This document shows, piece by piece, positions 1 through 13,616 of a stretch of 64,000 nucleotides of DNA (its first letter is position 1; each line of letters starts with the position of its first letter). The translations under genes and the position numbers were made by a program. Source of the DNA: Octopus vulgaris (Eukaryota); the NCBI GenBank assembly GCA_951406725.2, contig OX597815.1, positions 125,860,001 through 125,924,000 of the forward strand. The letters are read 5' to 3'. The notes beneath the pieces were generated by a model. The model made no database searches, was not told the DNA's origin, and saw only the letters and a program-made list of their open reading frames with translations.

Positions 1-61
1 GCACATATGTTCAGGTATATATGTCTACGTACAGATGTAAATACACACATATACATACATG

Positions 62-114
<53 letters not shown>

Positions 115-230
115 GCATGTATGTATATACATGTGTGTAGATATATGTGTGTATATGTATATATTTGCCATGATAGATCGCTAGCCACTACACACATTTT
201 TTCTCTCCTTGTTTCTTTCTGTGTTCCTTT

Positions 231-259
231 CTGTGGAAGAGCGTAGGCTCGAAACGTTA
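231..259 (+). ncRNA. Degenerate minimal hammerhead ribozyme-like motif in a Penelope-like (Neptune-type) repeat end
   Basis: CTGTGGA-A-GAGC-GTAG-GCTC-GAAACGTT: CUGANGA-like box with one mismatch, 4-bp stem II, GAAA, palindromic ACGT stem III. A related copy lies at 35790. Confidence 0.5.
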
Positions 260-370
260 AAAACTTTTTCAATTCCCGAGCGTTATACTAATACATATGT
301 CTGTTTTCTGCACCACCTGTCTTTGTCTTTTGTTTTTTGGCGAATTATCCATAATTACACACACACACAC

Positions 371-425
<55 letters not shown>

Positions 426-936
426 ATTGTATAGAGATATCTATTAGCATGTACATGTCTAGGCACATTTGTCTTAGTATGCATGTAGATGTATATGTAT
501 ATCCGTATATATATTTTATGTATATGTTTGTGTATTTTATCGTACATTTGCTTGTGTATATATATATATACATATCTATATATATAATAAGTATCTATGT
601 GGATAATTAACATGAAACGGTCCGTCGAGAGACTTCCCCTTCTTCCGTTCTTTAGTATAATAGAAAGCATGTAATTATATTCTTATATAAAGCACTGTAA
701 GGCATTATGACAATTAAATTTGTTTTAGAGTCTTATTTATGTAGTATTGTGTGTAAATAGCTATTCTCTTTGTAAATTTACTAGCATATCTATAAGTTTA
801 TGTATTTGCATGTAGATAGGTATATGAATATATATAGCAATATATGTATGCACATATATTGTGTATACGTGGTTACAGCTGTATATGGTACATATTAAAG
901 CTAAAATATTTTTGTGTATGTGTATGAAGAGATGTA

Positions 937-1141
937 CGAGTGGGTGCTTAAAAGTTCCTAGCTTCGGGTTATAGAAAAACAGGAGGATCAGTTAATTATG
1001 ATCTTATTCAACATATTCTCCTTTCAGATTCACAAGTTTATTGCAGCGGTCCTTCAGTTTTTCTAAGCCCTGTAAAAGAATTCGGAAGTTTGGGTCTCCA
1101 ACCAGACCTTTCGTGACACCCTTCAAGCCAGCACCCCCTCG
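937..1141 (-). mobile_element. Internally deleted mariner element (MITE-like)
   Basis: TA-flanked TIRs CGAGTGGGTGCT / AGCACCCCCTCG; minus strand encodes a mariner transposase C-terminus GLEKLKDRCNKLVNLKGEYVE*. Confidence 0.8.
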
Positions 1142-1987
1142 TATGTATCGAAACATACTAAGATGTGTAAAAAAAAATCTGTAGCTATACAAATGTAAAT
1201 ATACCCATTGACTGCCAATGAAAAGTTTATATTAACACGAAATAACAATACTCACATTTGCATAAAGCGAGTTCTTAAAAAATCCTTGTATTTTTTTAAT
1301 ATAACATTTAAGTTAAGCCTTGAAAATAATTTTACTTATCTCTGACCTATCTCTGAAATTGAACCCTTCGCACCTATATCTATATATGTGTTTCAATAAA
1401 CTCTAGCAATTACTCAGCATCAACTTTCAATTTCCAACACAAAATATGACCTAGCTAGCAAAAGCCACCTGTCTAGATTCAACATAGTTTCAACACAAAC
1501 TACTGAATGTGACATACTCATTATCTATCGATCAACTGTCTCCTATACAAATCTAACCTTTAATGCCTGTGTATACGTAAATGTTGAAAGGAACCCTAAG
1601 AATGACACATAAACAATAAAAACTTCGAAACGTCATATGTAACTTATTTAGTAGGAACCTTCCACACAGTTTAACAAAGCTTCTAACTAACATACACCTA
1701 AACAAAAACCAGAGTAAATTTGTTATCCCACTTCCATTCCACCACCCCTCTTTACGCATTTCCTTTCCCAGATCTCTTTTCCTTTATGTTCCGCTTCCCC
1801 TCTTTATCATACTGCTCTTTTCTCCCCACACACCTTTTTCCTCGTCTAGGCAATTAAATTATCTCTAAATGTATTTCTTTATATATCACAAAAATATACT
1901 ATTATACCACACCTACTTTGCAGTTAAATTGCTCCCCCATTAGGATGAACTTCCAAAATTAGATTTAAAACAAATTAAGTTATAGTC

Positions 1988-2012
1988 CGATGAACGCTAC
2001 ATAGGCGAAACT
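1988..2012 (+). ncRNA. Degenerate hammerhead-like motif in a Penelope-like tail
   Basis: CCGATGA-ACGCTACATAGGC-GAAAC, followed by an AT-rich tail ending in (TA)n at ~2130. Confidence 0.3.
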
Positions 2013-2148
2013 TCAAAGTAACTGTCAATTTTTTCCATGTAAAAATAAATGAATATGTTACTCTACTGGAAGGTATTGATCCTTAAATTTAATGTTTGTA
2101 ACTATACATAAAAATAAACATTAATATGTTTGTATATATATATGTATA

Positions 2149-2206
<58 letters not shown>

Positions 2207-2276
2207 GCTGTTGTGGTTGAATAGTAAAGGAATAACTATTCCATCTTTAGTATTTTAAGGTAACTTTTTTCCCCAA

Positions 2277-2492
2277 CAGGGTGATTCAAAAGTCTCTATG
2301 TATCAACAACAACAGGTATCACCAGATGTGCTATTACGAGTTCGCAATGAGTGAGGTAAACGTATTGCAATGTGTATTCAAAACAATGGTAACCATATAA
2401 AGCCTGATAAATAAAAAAAAACTGTTCTTATAACCTGTTCCTTATAAAAAAAATAAATTGTTCCTATATATGGCGACTTTTGAATCACCCTG
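2277..2492 (+). mobile_element. Tc1/mariner-derived MITE
   Basis: TIRs CAGGGTGATTCAAAAGTC / GACTTTTGAATCACCCTG followed by TA; internal remnant RIAMCIQNNGNH resembles a transposase C-terminus. Confidence 0.8.
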
Positions 2493-2704
2493 TATTATAT
2501 TAAAGAACAACTTTAAAATATGTATGTTTCAAGCTATTCCCTAATAAAACTGAATATAAAAGCATGGATCACTGGATGATAGGGATTTTTATTTATTTCT
2601 ATAGCTGATGATAGAAGCTGCGTCATGTTTTAAAGGAACCAAATTAAAAGGGTTATGATTAGTTTATTGATTGCATAACATCGAACTCAATATATAATAG
2701 TGTT

Positions 2705-2920
2705 TTCAAATTTTGGCAAAAGGACAGTAATTTGGTGGGAGGGGATGAGTCGAATACATTGACCCCAGTGCTCAACTAGTACTTATTTCATCGACTCCGA
2801 AGGGAGGAAAAGCAAAGTCGACCTCGGTAGCATTTGAACTCAGAACGTAAAGCCAGAAGAAATGCCGCTAAGCATTTTCCCCCGGCGTGGTAACTATTCT
2901 TCCAGCTCCCTGCCTTCATT
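2705..2920 (-). mobile_element. Nin/Deu-domain-type tRNA-derived SINE (family B)
   Basis: Reverse complement of the family-B body TTCTGAGTTCAAAT...GTCGACTTTGC.TTTC.TCC.TTCGG.GTCGAT.AAATAAGTAC seen at 9041. Confidence 0.75.
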
Positions 2921-4643
2921 CGATAATAATAATGATTGTGTTCAGACCACTTCCAGAAATTTTAGATTTTAATCCATTCTATGTTACTTGAGTAAATACA
3001 AATAGTATTCTCAGACTCGAGAACTGGCGTTTCATCATTAAGCAGTCGTAACTTCGAAATGATTGGTGAATTTTTTTTTACATTTGTGCAATATCTCAAA
3101 TCACTAGCGAATGAGAAATGGGATTGCATGACATTGTCTTTTATGAATAAAAGTTAAAAGTGTTACGAAAACTTTTTATGGAAATTTTGTATCAAAACAA
3201 GAGCTTAGATATTTAATTTCTTCTAAGTCGGCCTTTATGGTTATATTATTCACTATGTGTGTTGAATTCACTTTCATTTCACATTTATCACTTCGGGTGA
3301 AATAAGTTCCTTCAAAGATGACTCTTATTAACAGTGTAAGGATTCTACACGATTTCTACACGAGTGCCTAGCTAAACGCAATACTTTCGGTAAACTGTTT
3401 CTTCATAGTTTAAATGCTCAAGTTCTCTAAGTCTTCTAATCGATATTGTAACATAATCAGCTTCCCTATCACTCTCAATGTGATCAATGAAATTCCAGAT
3501 TGGCTCTCCTGGTTGGATCATTGTTTTACTGGTGATGAAATTATATGCAGGCTTTTGATTTAACATCCTAGATTAAGAAGCAAAGAGGTAAACTCACATT
3601 GGGACAAATCTTCCCACAATAAGCTATCAAACTTCAATTGGCCATGTCGGAAGCTCAACTTGAATGTCATAATGTCATTTATCTCTTCACGCCTGCACAC
3701 ACACATATGCATACGCACACACTCACACACGCATACACACATATGCATATATACACACACACGCACACACATACACATACATGTATACATGCATACATAC
3801 ACACACCTTTCTCTCAGTCTGTGTGGGGGGGGTGCAAGCTGTATCTCGCTTGACAAAAGAAAAAGTATTGTGAAAGTAATAGAAATGAGTGAGCACAACG
3901 AGACTCTTCCGAAAATTCCATGCATTGAACAAAACTTAAGGAAATTATATAGAAGTTATCCAAAGGAAATCATTCATCAGAATTGCGTTGACAACTACAA
4001 TCAGTTGGCAACCTTAATGAAATAGCAATATATAATAATCAATGAAATTTGTAAAGCATTTGAAACCATTTTTTTTAACGGCAATGAATTCAATTACAGT
4101 TTAAATGTATTGACAAAGAAATGAACAAAGCTGATTGCTGAGAAGAGAATATTAATAAGAACATCGACGAGAATGAGTGGAGAGAAGAGAATATGCGGAA
4201 AACATTTGTTCAGCTCAAGTGAGACTTGAAGATATCACTGTCAAACATGAAATAGAAGAACTTATTGTGAGAAGCATTGTGTTGAAAAACATTTACAGCG
4301 TGTGTATGTGTATCAGAAAGAGGTACACATATGGAGGAAGGCAGAGAGAGAGAGAGAGAGGGGGGAGGGGGAGAGAGAAACTGATATATTGTGTTTTAGT
4401 TTGCATAACGTAGTTGAATATTTGTATTATCAATGTTACTTTTAAAATGATTTGTTACTTATGTTCTTATTCTCGTTTATTTTATTTTCCTCGTTCTTAA
4501 CTCCCGAATTTCTGTTCGCCTTCTTTTTCTTCTTCTCTTTATCTTCTCTCTTGTGACTAATATTGTTATTACCACCCAAATACGTACGGAAAAATTATTA
4601 AAGTAGGTGATCCCCTTTTCTTCTTCACTTCTTTCCCAACAGC

Positions 4644-5160
4644 ATGGCGATTTTAAGAGTGTGTTACATAAATGCACATAACCAGAGGCACTTGCTCAAT
4701 GATCTCAAATCACTAGCTATGAATGTGATAGTCATCAGCAAGACCAGGATTTCCGACACACGTTCTATGACGCCTAATCTTGATGATTTTGAGATCTATG
4801 CATCTCTCTGCTGACCTGGAGTGGGAGAAGAAGAGTCTGTGTTGTTTCAGAAAATCTTAGCTCTCGAGATACGGCTAATTTTCTTGATTCCGGGCGTTAA
4901 GTTGGTGGCCTTGGATGTAAAAGGTAGCGAAGGGAGTGTCTTCAGCTGTCTACGTCCCGATAGCGCAAGCAGATTTCATTAGTCTTTTGAAGGTTTTTCT
5001 TGAAACGTCTTACTCTTTAATATTAATGGAAGATTTGAACGCCATGCTGGGTGCACGTTTAAATTGTGTGGGAATATCTTAATAGGAGGGATAAGTGCAA
5101 AAGCCTCGCAAACCTGCTCAGAGGTTTACGACTGTTTGAAAGATTACAACCGAATTTCTT
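4644..5160 (+). pseudogene. Decayed AP-endonuclease domain of an L1/Tx1-clade LINE ORF2
   Basis: Translation MAILRVCYINAHNQRHLLNDLKSLAMNVIVISKTRIS...LILMEDLNAMLGARLNCVG, with stops and frameshifts, matches APE motifs (N..., xETx, GDFN). Confidence 0.7.
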
Positions 5161-6978
5161 GATTTGAATCAAGGAGATTTGAGCTCTGAAAATAATGTTA
5201 AGACTAAATTAAACTTTACATGCAATTCAGTCAGGTCTCTATCAATATTTATCATTCTTTTAAAGGGAGGAATATATAGTCAATAATAATAGTCAGAAAT
5301 AATACAGTGCTCCAATAACTCTTTAAGAATCTTGGAAAGCCTCTACACTAGATAAAATTTAAAATGCACTATGTCCAAATGCGATACCATTGCTGGCAGG
5401 ACTCAGACTGGCTGTTATATCTTTTACCTTTTACTTGTTTCAGTCATGAGACTGCAGCCATGCTGGAACACATTGTTTTATCATCGCGTTCGTTAGCATT
5501 TTCATCAATACTAACCCCTATGATGCTGCTTTATGACAGAAATATATATGCCTTATAGTGTTTAGTGATATTCACACATTCTAAGTTCAAATCCAGCGAA
5601 GATTGACTTTATAAATCGGATTGATAAAATAAATGCCAGTAATGTACAGAAATCGATTTAGTTGACTCTACTTCTTCAAACTTATAGGAGTGTGTTAATG
5701 CTGGAAATGTCTGGTGTTTTTTTTTTCTATTTATTTCCCAGTTTAACATCACCACCTGACACCCGGGTGCCTTTAACAAAACCCGCTCCGTTGCAACCAT
5801 TAGGGACAGCTCTCCTGTTTACAAATACTTTTCTTTCTCCGTCTCCACAAGTCTTGGAGACCCTGTAACGGGTCATGAGCACAACCTTCTATTTTTAACT
5901 AGAATATTTAAAAATAACACTTCGGTTTTCATAAGATAAAACTTGCTCCCCGCTATCTTGTTATTCCCCGTCATCTTTTAATTCTAACAGATAGATTTAA
6001 AAAACTGTGACTTTAAGTGTCATCATAAGATGAAACAAACTATTAGGTTTCTATTTGATGTTTTTGCTTCGTTATATTTCAATAAGTACATTTTCACATC
6101 ACCCTCAGAAATTTTCATTTTACATACACATATACCATTTAAGAATTGAACAGCTTTTATCGTTGATATTGATGTTAATAGTTTTCTTTCTAAGGGCATT
6201 AGAAACAATGTGAAATGAAACGGACTAAATATTGAAATTGAGTTTCAGACACAGGTTACTTGAAATGTCTGTGAAAATATACTGAACTCCAGTAATTGAA
6301 ATAAATGGAAAGAAGCTACAAGACTATAAATTAAAATCTTCATGAGTTACAATAGAGGTAATTATCCATTATATTATATCGATATATTGCAATTAAAGTC
6401 AAACCTTTGGCTCCGTTATGCAATTAAAGTACGTTAAGATTTCTAGTCCTACTAAATATTGTGCAACGCTCTACAATGATTCTAACAGTTGATTAACACG
6501 TACTTACTTTAGGTTACTCAGAAGAATAAGTGCAACGGTCGTGATCATATTTTGTTAAACTTCCAAGATTGAAAAGGAGAAAGAAACTACGATGGTGTTG
6601 TTAAACAGAACAGGGATTAAGTACACAGGCAAAGAACTGGAACATTCTGTCAGATGAGCTTCCACGGTTTCTATTAATCAAATTTTGTTCGCAAGGGTTG
6701 TACGAGGCTATGTTTGAAGACAATTTATCAAAGTGCAGTGGGATCTAACCTAGAACCACGCGATTTCAAAACAAACTTGTTAGTTACACTGGCACTGATA
6801 TGTTGCTCTTGGTTACATAAGTCGCAAAATTAAAATTAAAAACAAAAAAACAAAACAAATAAATAAATAAATACAAAATCTGTTTTCTTTCTTTTCTTTT
6901 AGTCTTCACCACACACTCTATTTCTACTTCATTTGTGAGCTGATTGCTATGTAAACTGATATTTTCAAAAGAATATAC

Positions 6979-7380
6979 CTCAAAAATTCCATTGATGACC
7001 CATAAATTTTCTGGTGAAACCTGAACAGATCAGTTTTCAAAAGATAAGGTAGTGTAGTGATCCTATACAACGGCGCGCGCTCGCGCACCGTCCATTTGTA
7101 TTTCACGCGTGCGGGGTAGGTGCTTTCACCACCGGAAGAAGGACCCTTTTGCCTACGTAGCAGTTAGCCGAGGCAAGGGGATCGTAAGACGTTGACCACC
7201 AGCGTCCAGCAAGCAGCGACTTGAGACAGCAGCGACTGAAGGCGACGGTCACGTATATTTTCTCTCCGTCCGAACTAGATTCTAGCAGCACCTTACCAAA
7301 AGGCCTTTAACCAAATTGTTGCAGACCAACATCGTCTCCATTGTTCGCCGCCATCTTTGACCAGTGTCGTTTTGCATTTG
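6979..7380 (-). promoter_or_regulatory. CpG-rich promoter / candidate first exons of a host gene
   Basis: Local CpG/GC island; YY1/Kozak-like AAGATGGCGGCG (ATG at 7354); second ATG at 7341 in frame to donor TTG|GTAAGG (exon end 7297); candidate 42-nt exon 7020-6979 (cag|...GAG|gtatat); ETS-like CCGGAAG at 7132. Confidence 0.45.
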
Positions 7381-9040
7381 AACACATTCTTATTTTACAG
7401 AGATAAGGTTCAGCACGACACATTTATACCAAAGGGATAACAGATAACCACTTATTGTTACTGTTACCACATTAGAGAATAAAGTAGTATATATATTATT
7501 TACGTCTGCGTCTTGTTGTTTCTGACTGGTAGAGTCTGGATATAAAAGCAACGGAAAGTGATTGCACCAACTTGCACCCCAAAAGTGCAAGAGGAGATAT
7601 TCACATATTCCTTACAGTAGTAATTACTGTTTATTAATGAACCTAGTATTTCCAGCGATGAAAGCGACCCGAAATGTTTAGAAAATTTTAGGAAAACAAC
7701 AAATGTTGAATTCAGTGACAAATTGCTTTTAATTTAGTTTTGAAAGGAGAGGGTTAACCGATTACATCAACCCAAGAACCAGACTGGCACATTTTCTTTT
7801 ACTTATTTTATCAACCCCGGCAGGATAAAAGACAAAGTTGACCCCAGAGGGATTTGAATTCAGAACTGATGCTGCCAAGGATTTTCTCCGACGTCTTTGC
7901 ATTTCGCGACGATATAGAGTCATGGGAAAACTGCTGTTCGCAGGACTTTCTGAATGGCGCACCCAATGAAAAATAACCTTGAAATTTTTTCAGTAACGCG
8001 TTGCACCTGATAATGTGTCATGTCTCGAAAAAGATTTTTCATGCCTGGAATACATTCTGTTTCATAGAATGCCTTTCATTTCCGCTGTAAATGCTTCCTT
8101 TAACTCTCAGATTGAGCTGAATCTAGAAATGTAAATTTCATTGTAACCTAATAATACCAGATCCGAAGCATTGCTATTATTTTATCTTTATTATTAATTA
8201 ATAAGTCATAATTATCTATACACAGAAACGAATAACAAAAATATAAAATACTTCTGTATAAATTTCTTTTTATTTCTTCCTGATTTCGTTCTTGAGCCAA
8301 GATGGAGTTAGTTCTCTGACACATGTGTGCTGCTATAAAGACTCTTTTGTGCGTTCTTTCCTTTCAATTATTCTGAACTGTTCAAAATGATAATCGGGTC
8401 CAGCTGAAAAAATCACATGATTTCAGATTCATGAAATTCTCGGCTGTTTAACAAACAATTCCAGCAATGGCAGCAACATAAAATAATGTTTTTGTTATTG
8501 CTGTTTTTTGTTATTTGTTCTAAGCATTTTCTTTTACTTCTGTTTCATTTGATTCTTTCAGTTTGGGATTATGCGGCAGTAATATGTATCCTCGCCCTTT
8601 CCGTCAGCTGTCATACAATTGAGGAGGATTACAAATGTTCTTATGAATAACAACAATAAAAAAGAACACCACAACCCACATTTCAAAGTGAATGTGTCCT
8701 TGTAACATATACCATGCTTTTATTAGTTGTTTTTTGGTACCTAAGTAGCCATGAGCAGGCTTAGACATGCACTCTGTCTTCTCAATGTTGATCCAGCGGA
8801 AAATCCAGGATGTGATAGCTGGAGGGAGCGAGCACTGGAGTATCGGGAAATTAAGTGCTTTGGTCTAGGACAGAACGTGATAGCTGACCCAGGAATCGAA
8901 CCCATGACTTTATAATCTTGAGACTATCATCTTAATCATTAGGCCACGCGTCTTTACAATAGCTTCTGACACTTAACTGGAAACATCAGATATAGGGATG
9001 ACTTTCAGCTACCTTCATTAAACCATTACAAAAACTTCAA

Positions 9041-9258
9041 AAGGCGGGGAGCTGGCAGAATCGTTAGCACGCCGGACGAAGTGCTTAGCGGTATTTCGCC
9101 GTAGCTACGTTCTGTGTTCAAAATCCGCCGAGGTCGACTTTGCTTTTCATCATTTCGGGGTCGATAAATTAAGAACCAGCTGCGTATTGGGGTCGATGAA
9201 ATCGACTAGATCCCTCCCCAAAATTTTTCAGGCCTTGTGCCTATAGTAGAAAGGATTA
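9041..9258 (+). mobile_element. Nin/Deu-domain-type SINE (family B), well-preserved copy
   Basis: AAGGCGGGGAGCTGGCAGAATCGTTAGCAC (A-box-like), GTTCAAA (B-box-like), then CTTTGCTTTTCATCATTTCGGGGTCGATAAATTAAG central domain; many copies in the window. Confidence 0.85.
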
Positions 9259-10063
9259 CAAAGACATACAGCAATCACACCAAAAGATTATGTAATTATA
9301 CAATGCTCCCAATCTTTATAGTGACGAGCTTCACCATTATAATGGTGACAACTTGGTGGCACCTGAACAGAAATATTTAATCATGTATCTGGGTCATTTA
9401 CAGAACTTAAGTGCCTTTCGGGTTATAGTATGATTGACTATTGGCTCGGTCAACTGCGATTTTGGCGAGTAAGAACAGTTGCATAAATTAGCGTTGAATG
9501 GAGCAAAAATATATGTTTGCTTCTGGCTTCATATAAGCAACAAAACAGAACACTGTCTCAGATTAGATGGATTCCTTATATGTTGTCTGTTTATATTACG
9601 TGCCTCTGTGAATCTGTTCAGAATAAAACAGTCAGCTGAGAATCGAAAAGATAACCTACTTTAGCGCCAGCTTGTATGGATTGTTGATGACTGCGGAAAT
9701 TTAGTGAACACACACAAACACATGCATGCTCACATACAGACAGATTGGAGTCAGAATATTATATGGATATATGTATATATATATATATGTGTGTGCATGC
9801 CGGGTTTGTACGTATGTGTTTAGAATCTGTGCGTTAGCTATATTCTTTTGAAAATATGGCATTATTCCATTAATAAATTATTAGACATATTACTTCAAGA
9901 GTAAAATGTATTGGCATTTATAACGTCCATATGAATGAAGTAGAGAGCAAAACAGTTACAATCAGAATCGAACCTAAATCAGTAAATCTAGTCCTATGAT
10001 TGATCTACAGCATTCATTATTATGCATTAATACCTACCTACATGTATGTATGCATGTATGTAA

Positions 10064-10094
<31 letters not shown>

Positions 10095-10115
10095 TGTATG
10101 TATGTATGTATGTAT

Positions 10116-10150
<35 letters not shown>

Positions 10151-10164
10151 CATGTATGCATGTG

Positions 10165-10510
10165 AGGGTGAATGGCCTAGTGGTTAGGGTGTTGCACTCA
10201 CGATCGCTAGATCGTGGTTTCAGTACTTGGACCGGGTGGTATTATTATGTTCTTGAGCAAAACACTTCAAGTTTTCTAACACAGCAGATAATTTGCAGCT
10301 TTTGCCACGTCTCAAGTTACTCTGCGATCACTTCGACACCTGACATGGTCCACCGTGAACCCGTTCAGGCAGCATTAATTTGATGGAGATGGAGAGAGTG
10401 AGCTAATGTACAGCACATACATTTGATCACTATAAACAAATCATTTGTGCAGATCGTTCAGCACGAAATTACAGAATATCGTCTTTCTCGGATTTCGAGA
10501 GCCTACTACC
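10165..10510 (+). mobile_element. tRNA-headed CORE-type SINE
   Basis: TGGCCTAGTGGTTAGGGTG A-box, GGTTTCAGTAC B-box-like, then TGTTCTTGAGCAAAACACTT CORE-like segment. Confidence 0.6.
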
Positions 10511-10539
10511 ATCATCATCATGTATGCATAATGTTTATG

Positions 10540-10658
10540 TTTTCCAGTTTCAGCTCTTGAGCTGTGGCCATGCTGGGGCATAAGTGTACTTATTTTATTT
10601 TATTTTTTATTTTATCTAGTTTCAGCTCACGAGCTGTGGCCATGCTGGGGCACCGCCA
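10540..10658 (-). mobile_element. Two short 3'-end fragments of a LINE/SINE tail
   Basis: Tandem copies of GTTTCAGCTC..GAGCTGTGGCCATGCTGGGGCA, similar to the family-A SINE tail. Confidence 0.55.
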
Positions 10659-11102
10659 TGTATATATATATATATATACATATTATATATATACATTTAT
10701 ATGTATGTGTGTATGTGTGTGTGTGTGTAAATGTAGAACTATGGCATGAGTGCTCAACACCGCATTGGTGGATAAGTTTATTTCTTTATTAAGTTATGTC
10801 TTTATTTATGGATTAAGTCTACCATTGGTTTCATGTTAAGAAGAGCAGGAAAATATCCAAGTATCTTAACAATTTTTGAAGCCGATCACAGAGAAAAGTG
10901 TTCCAAAATCGAGGCGAACACTTTTCTCCATGTGATCGGCTTGAAATATTGTTACGATACTTGGATATCTTCCTACTCTTATTAATATGAACAAATAGTA
11001 TTCTTAATCCACAAATAAAGAAAAAATATATATGCACATATATATACACGTGTATGTGTGTATGTATTCATATATATATAAACGCACGCACACACACATA
11101 CG

Positions 11103-11136
<34 letters not shown>

Positions 11137-11619
11137 TGTATGTATGTATGTATGTATGTATGTATGTATGTATGTATGTATGTATGTATGTATGCATGTA
11201 TGCATGTATGGATGTATGCTTGTATGTATGTGTGTGTATGTGTGTATTTATGTATGTAACAAGACGCAAGGCAAGGAAAAGCCATCGGTATCAATAATCC
11301 TTTGAAATGTTGACCTTGTGAGCGGGTTTGTGTTTTGAAGGCTGATCTTGTCTGCTGCTCAATGGTATATGATCCAAATCTTGCTAATGAGAAATTTTCG
11401 CTACTTGAAAGAAGACTCCGGTTATGTAACAGGCAACCTTTTGTTGGTGGTTTGCAGAAGAACGTGTATGTGTAGAATTCCGTGATTCTGTACTACATTT
11501 AACTGAGACGAGATGTTTTTGTTACAGTTGTGGCATCTGCTGCGTTAAAAATTCATCTCTCTACTTATTAAGTAAAAGACATTGAGCCAGCTTCTTTCAT
11601 ATGTGTGTGAGTTTAGGTG

Positions 11620-11679
<60 letters not shown>

Positions 11680-13014
11680 TGTGTGTTGGTGCATCAAAAA
11701 GTTAACGCATTTTTACCTTACCGCTGATTGCAGAAGTACAATGAATTTTAGAGACTATCACATGCAGTGTTCATTTACCTTTTTCAAGGATACTCACACA
11801 GATTTATCGTATGACTTATACCTCTTGCACGGACGAACTTATCAGATATAGCAATGAAGTCACAATACAATTTCATGAATCTCGGATCATGTCAGAATCA
11901 ACAATGACTGTGTCTTCAGCGTAGCTCTTTCTCCTCCGAAAGAAGATCACTCGTACTCACCCCAAGCAACCAAGAACAGACGAGGCCCTTTAGCTCTTAA
12001 GCTTCTCATATGAGAGAAGGTAACTCCATACAAATTCTGCATCCTGATAACTACTGGGCTCATGACACATGTTACACCAGACCAATACAAGTTCGAATGA
12101 CGCGAGAGTGGGACAAACGATGCCCACTATAATAATAAACCCCTACTGCATCGTTGGGTAATTTAATGAGCATTTAATGAGCTAAGGGAATAAAACCTTG
12201 CAGAAAATCCGGATGGAGGCACCCTAAGGCAGATACGAACGAATATACTTAACCAATATCCGGCACTGTCTGTGGCTCCATAGATGCTGTGAATGTATTG
12301 ACTTGATCTTTATTTCGTGGCATATCAATGAGTGGAGAGGTAGTAAGTGAACTTGGGGCTAGGCACTTATTTCTAAAAACAGATCAGGCACAGTAGAAGT
12401 GGTTAAGTTCCTTTCCTGAATCATCTGACTCACTGCTTCACAATCATAGCAATAGTGAGTTGTCCAACTACATTCATGTTCATGCAAAAATGAAAGTAAC
12501 AACAAATGTTCGAGTGATATATGTCTGAGCAGCAAAACTGCCCTTCTAACCTAGAACACATAAATTGGTATCACGCAGCAAACAATTATTGTGTCAGCAA
12601 TAGAGTTTTTACTGACTTTGGACTTATTGTCATGAAGGCGAGTTTCTCGACGTAAAGAACAAGAGTAAGAAAGCTAAACAACTTGTGGGATTGACGATTT
12701 AATCTGCTCAACAACACTCTAATTTGACTTTATGTGTGCTTTTCTGTTCTGCCTTTTACGAGAGTGAGCCCTGATCAGAATAATACAGGTTTAAAGCATT
12801 CTATTTTCGCTGTTTCCAAACAAACACCGCGGCAAACAAAACATATTACAGGATTTGATTACATCTCTTTACTTCCTGCGTATAGTTCAGAGGTCAACTT
12901 CCGAATTCGTTGAACCATGTGCCACTCATGTTCCGAGATCGATAAAATCGACCCTGCCTCTTCTGCAATGTATGTGGCTTTGTGCTTGTGTTATAAATAT
13001 GCTTTCACAATGTG

Positions 13015-13260
13015 GAGGCGCGTAGCTTAGTAGTTAGGGGTGAGGGATTCATAGTTGTAAGATTGTAATTTCGATTCCTGGACTAGGCAACGCGTTGTGT
13101 TCTTGAGTAAAACGCATTATTTCACGTTGCTTCAGTTTGTTCAGGTGGCAAAAATGGGTATTTCTGCAACGGACCGGCGTCCCGTGCAGGTGGGGAATAT
13201 ATACATGGGAACCGAGAAACCGACCCCTTGAGTCTACATGACTCAGGAAAGAACTTTACT
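13015..13260 (+). mobile_element. tRNA-headed SINE with CORE- and V-domain-like segments
   Basis: GGAGGCGCGTAGCTTAGTAGTTAGG head, TTCGATTCC B-box, TTCTTGAG..AAAC..TTATTTCACGTTGC, then GGACCGGCGTCCCGTGCAGG. Related 3' part at 35325-35430; inverted copy at 51110-51357. Confidence 0.65.
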
Positions 13261-13616
13261 TTTTTTTATATCAGTGCGCGTGTGTGTTAGAGAGGAGTAA
13301 AGAGAAAGAGAGAGAGAGAGGGAGAGCATGTTTGTGTGTGGGCGCGTGTGTGTAAATAGACACATATGCGTGCGCACGCATGCGCCATAAACAGACATAT
13401 TGATAAATATATATATATATATACAAGCGTGAATCAAAGTAATGCCAACAAAAATTGCTCTACCTTGACTCACCTTCGTATATCTATCAATCCTGCCGTT
13501 TACATTTAGGTATGCACGTATACATGTCGGTGCATGCGTGCGCATGCATGTGTAACTTTTCGTACATACACAGGCGCACACATACTCGCACACATACATA
13601 CGCGCACGCACTTGTA

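Noticed and set aside
3568-3597. 30-nt GT-AG micro-intron that would repair the frameshift in the 3372-3692 ORF
   Set aside because: Splicing it creates an immediate TGA and does not join the two frames.
7030-7300. Known structured ncRNA (telomerase RNA, 7SK, SRP, RNase P/MRP, U3)
   Set aside because: I found no CUAACCCU template or other signature motifs by eye; it is left as a promoter/first-exon candidate pending an Rfam scan.
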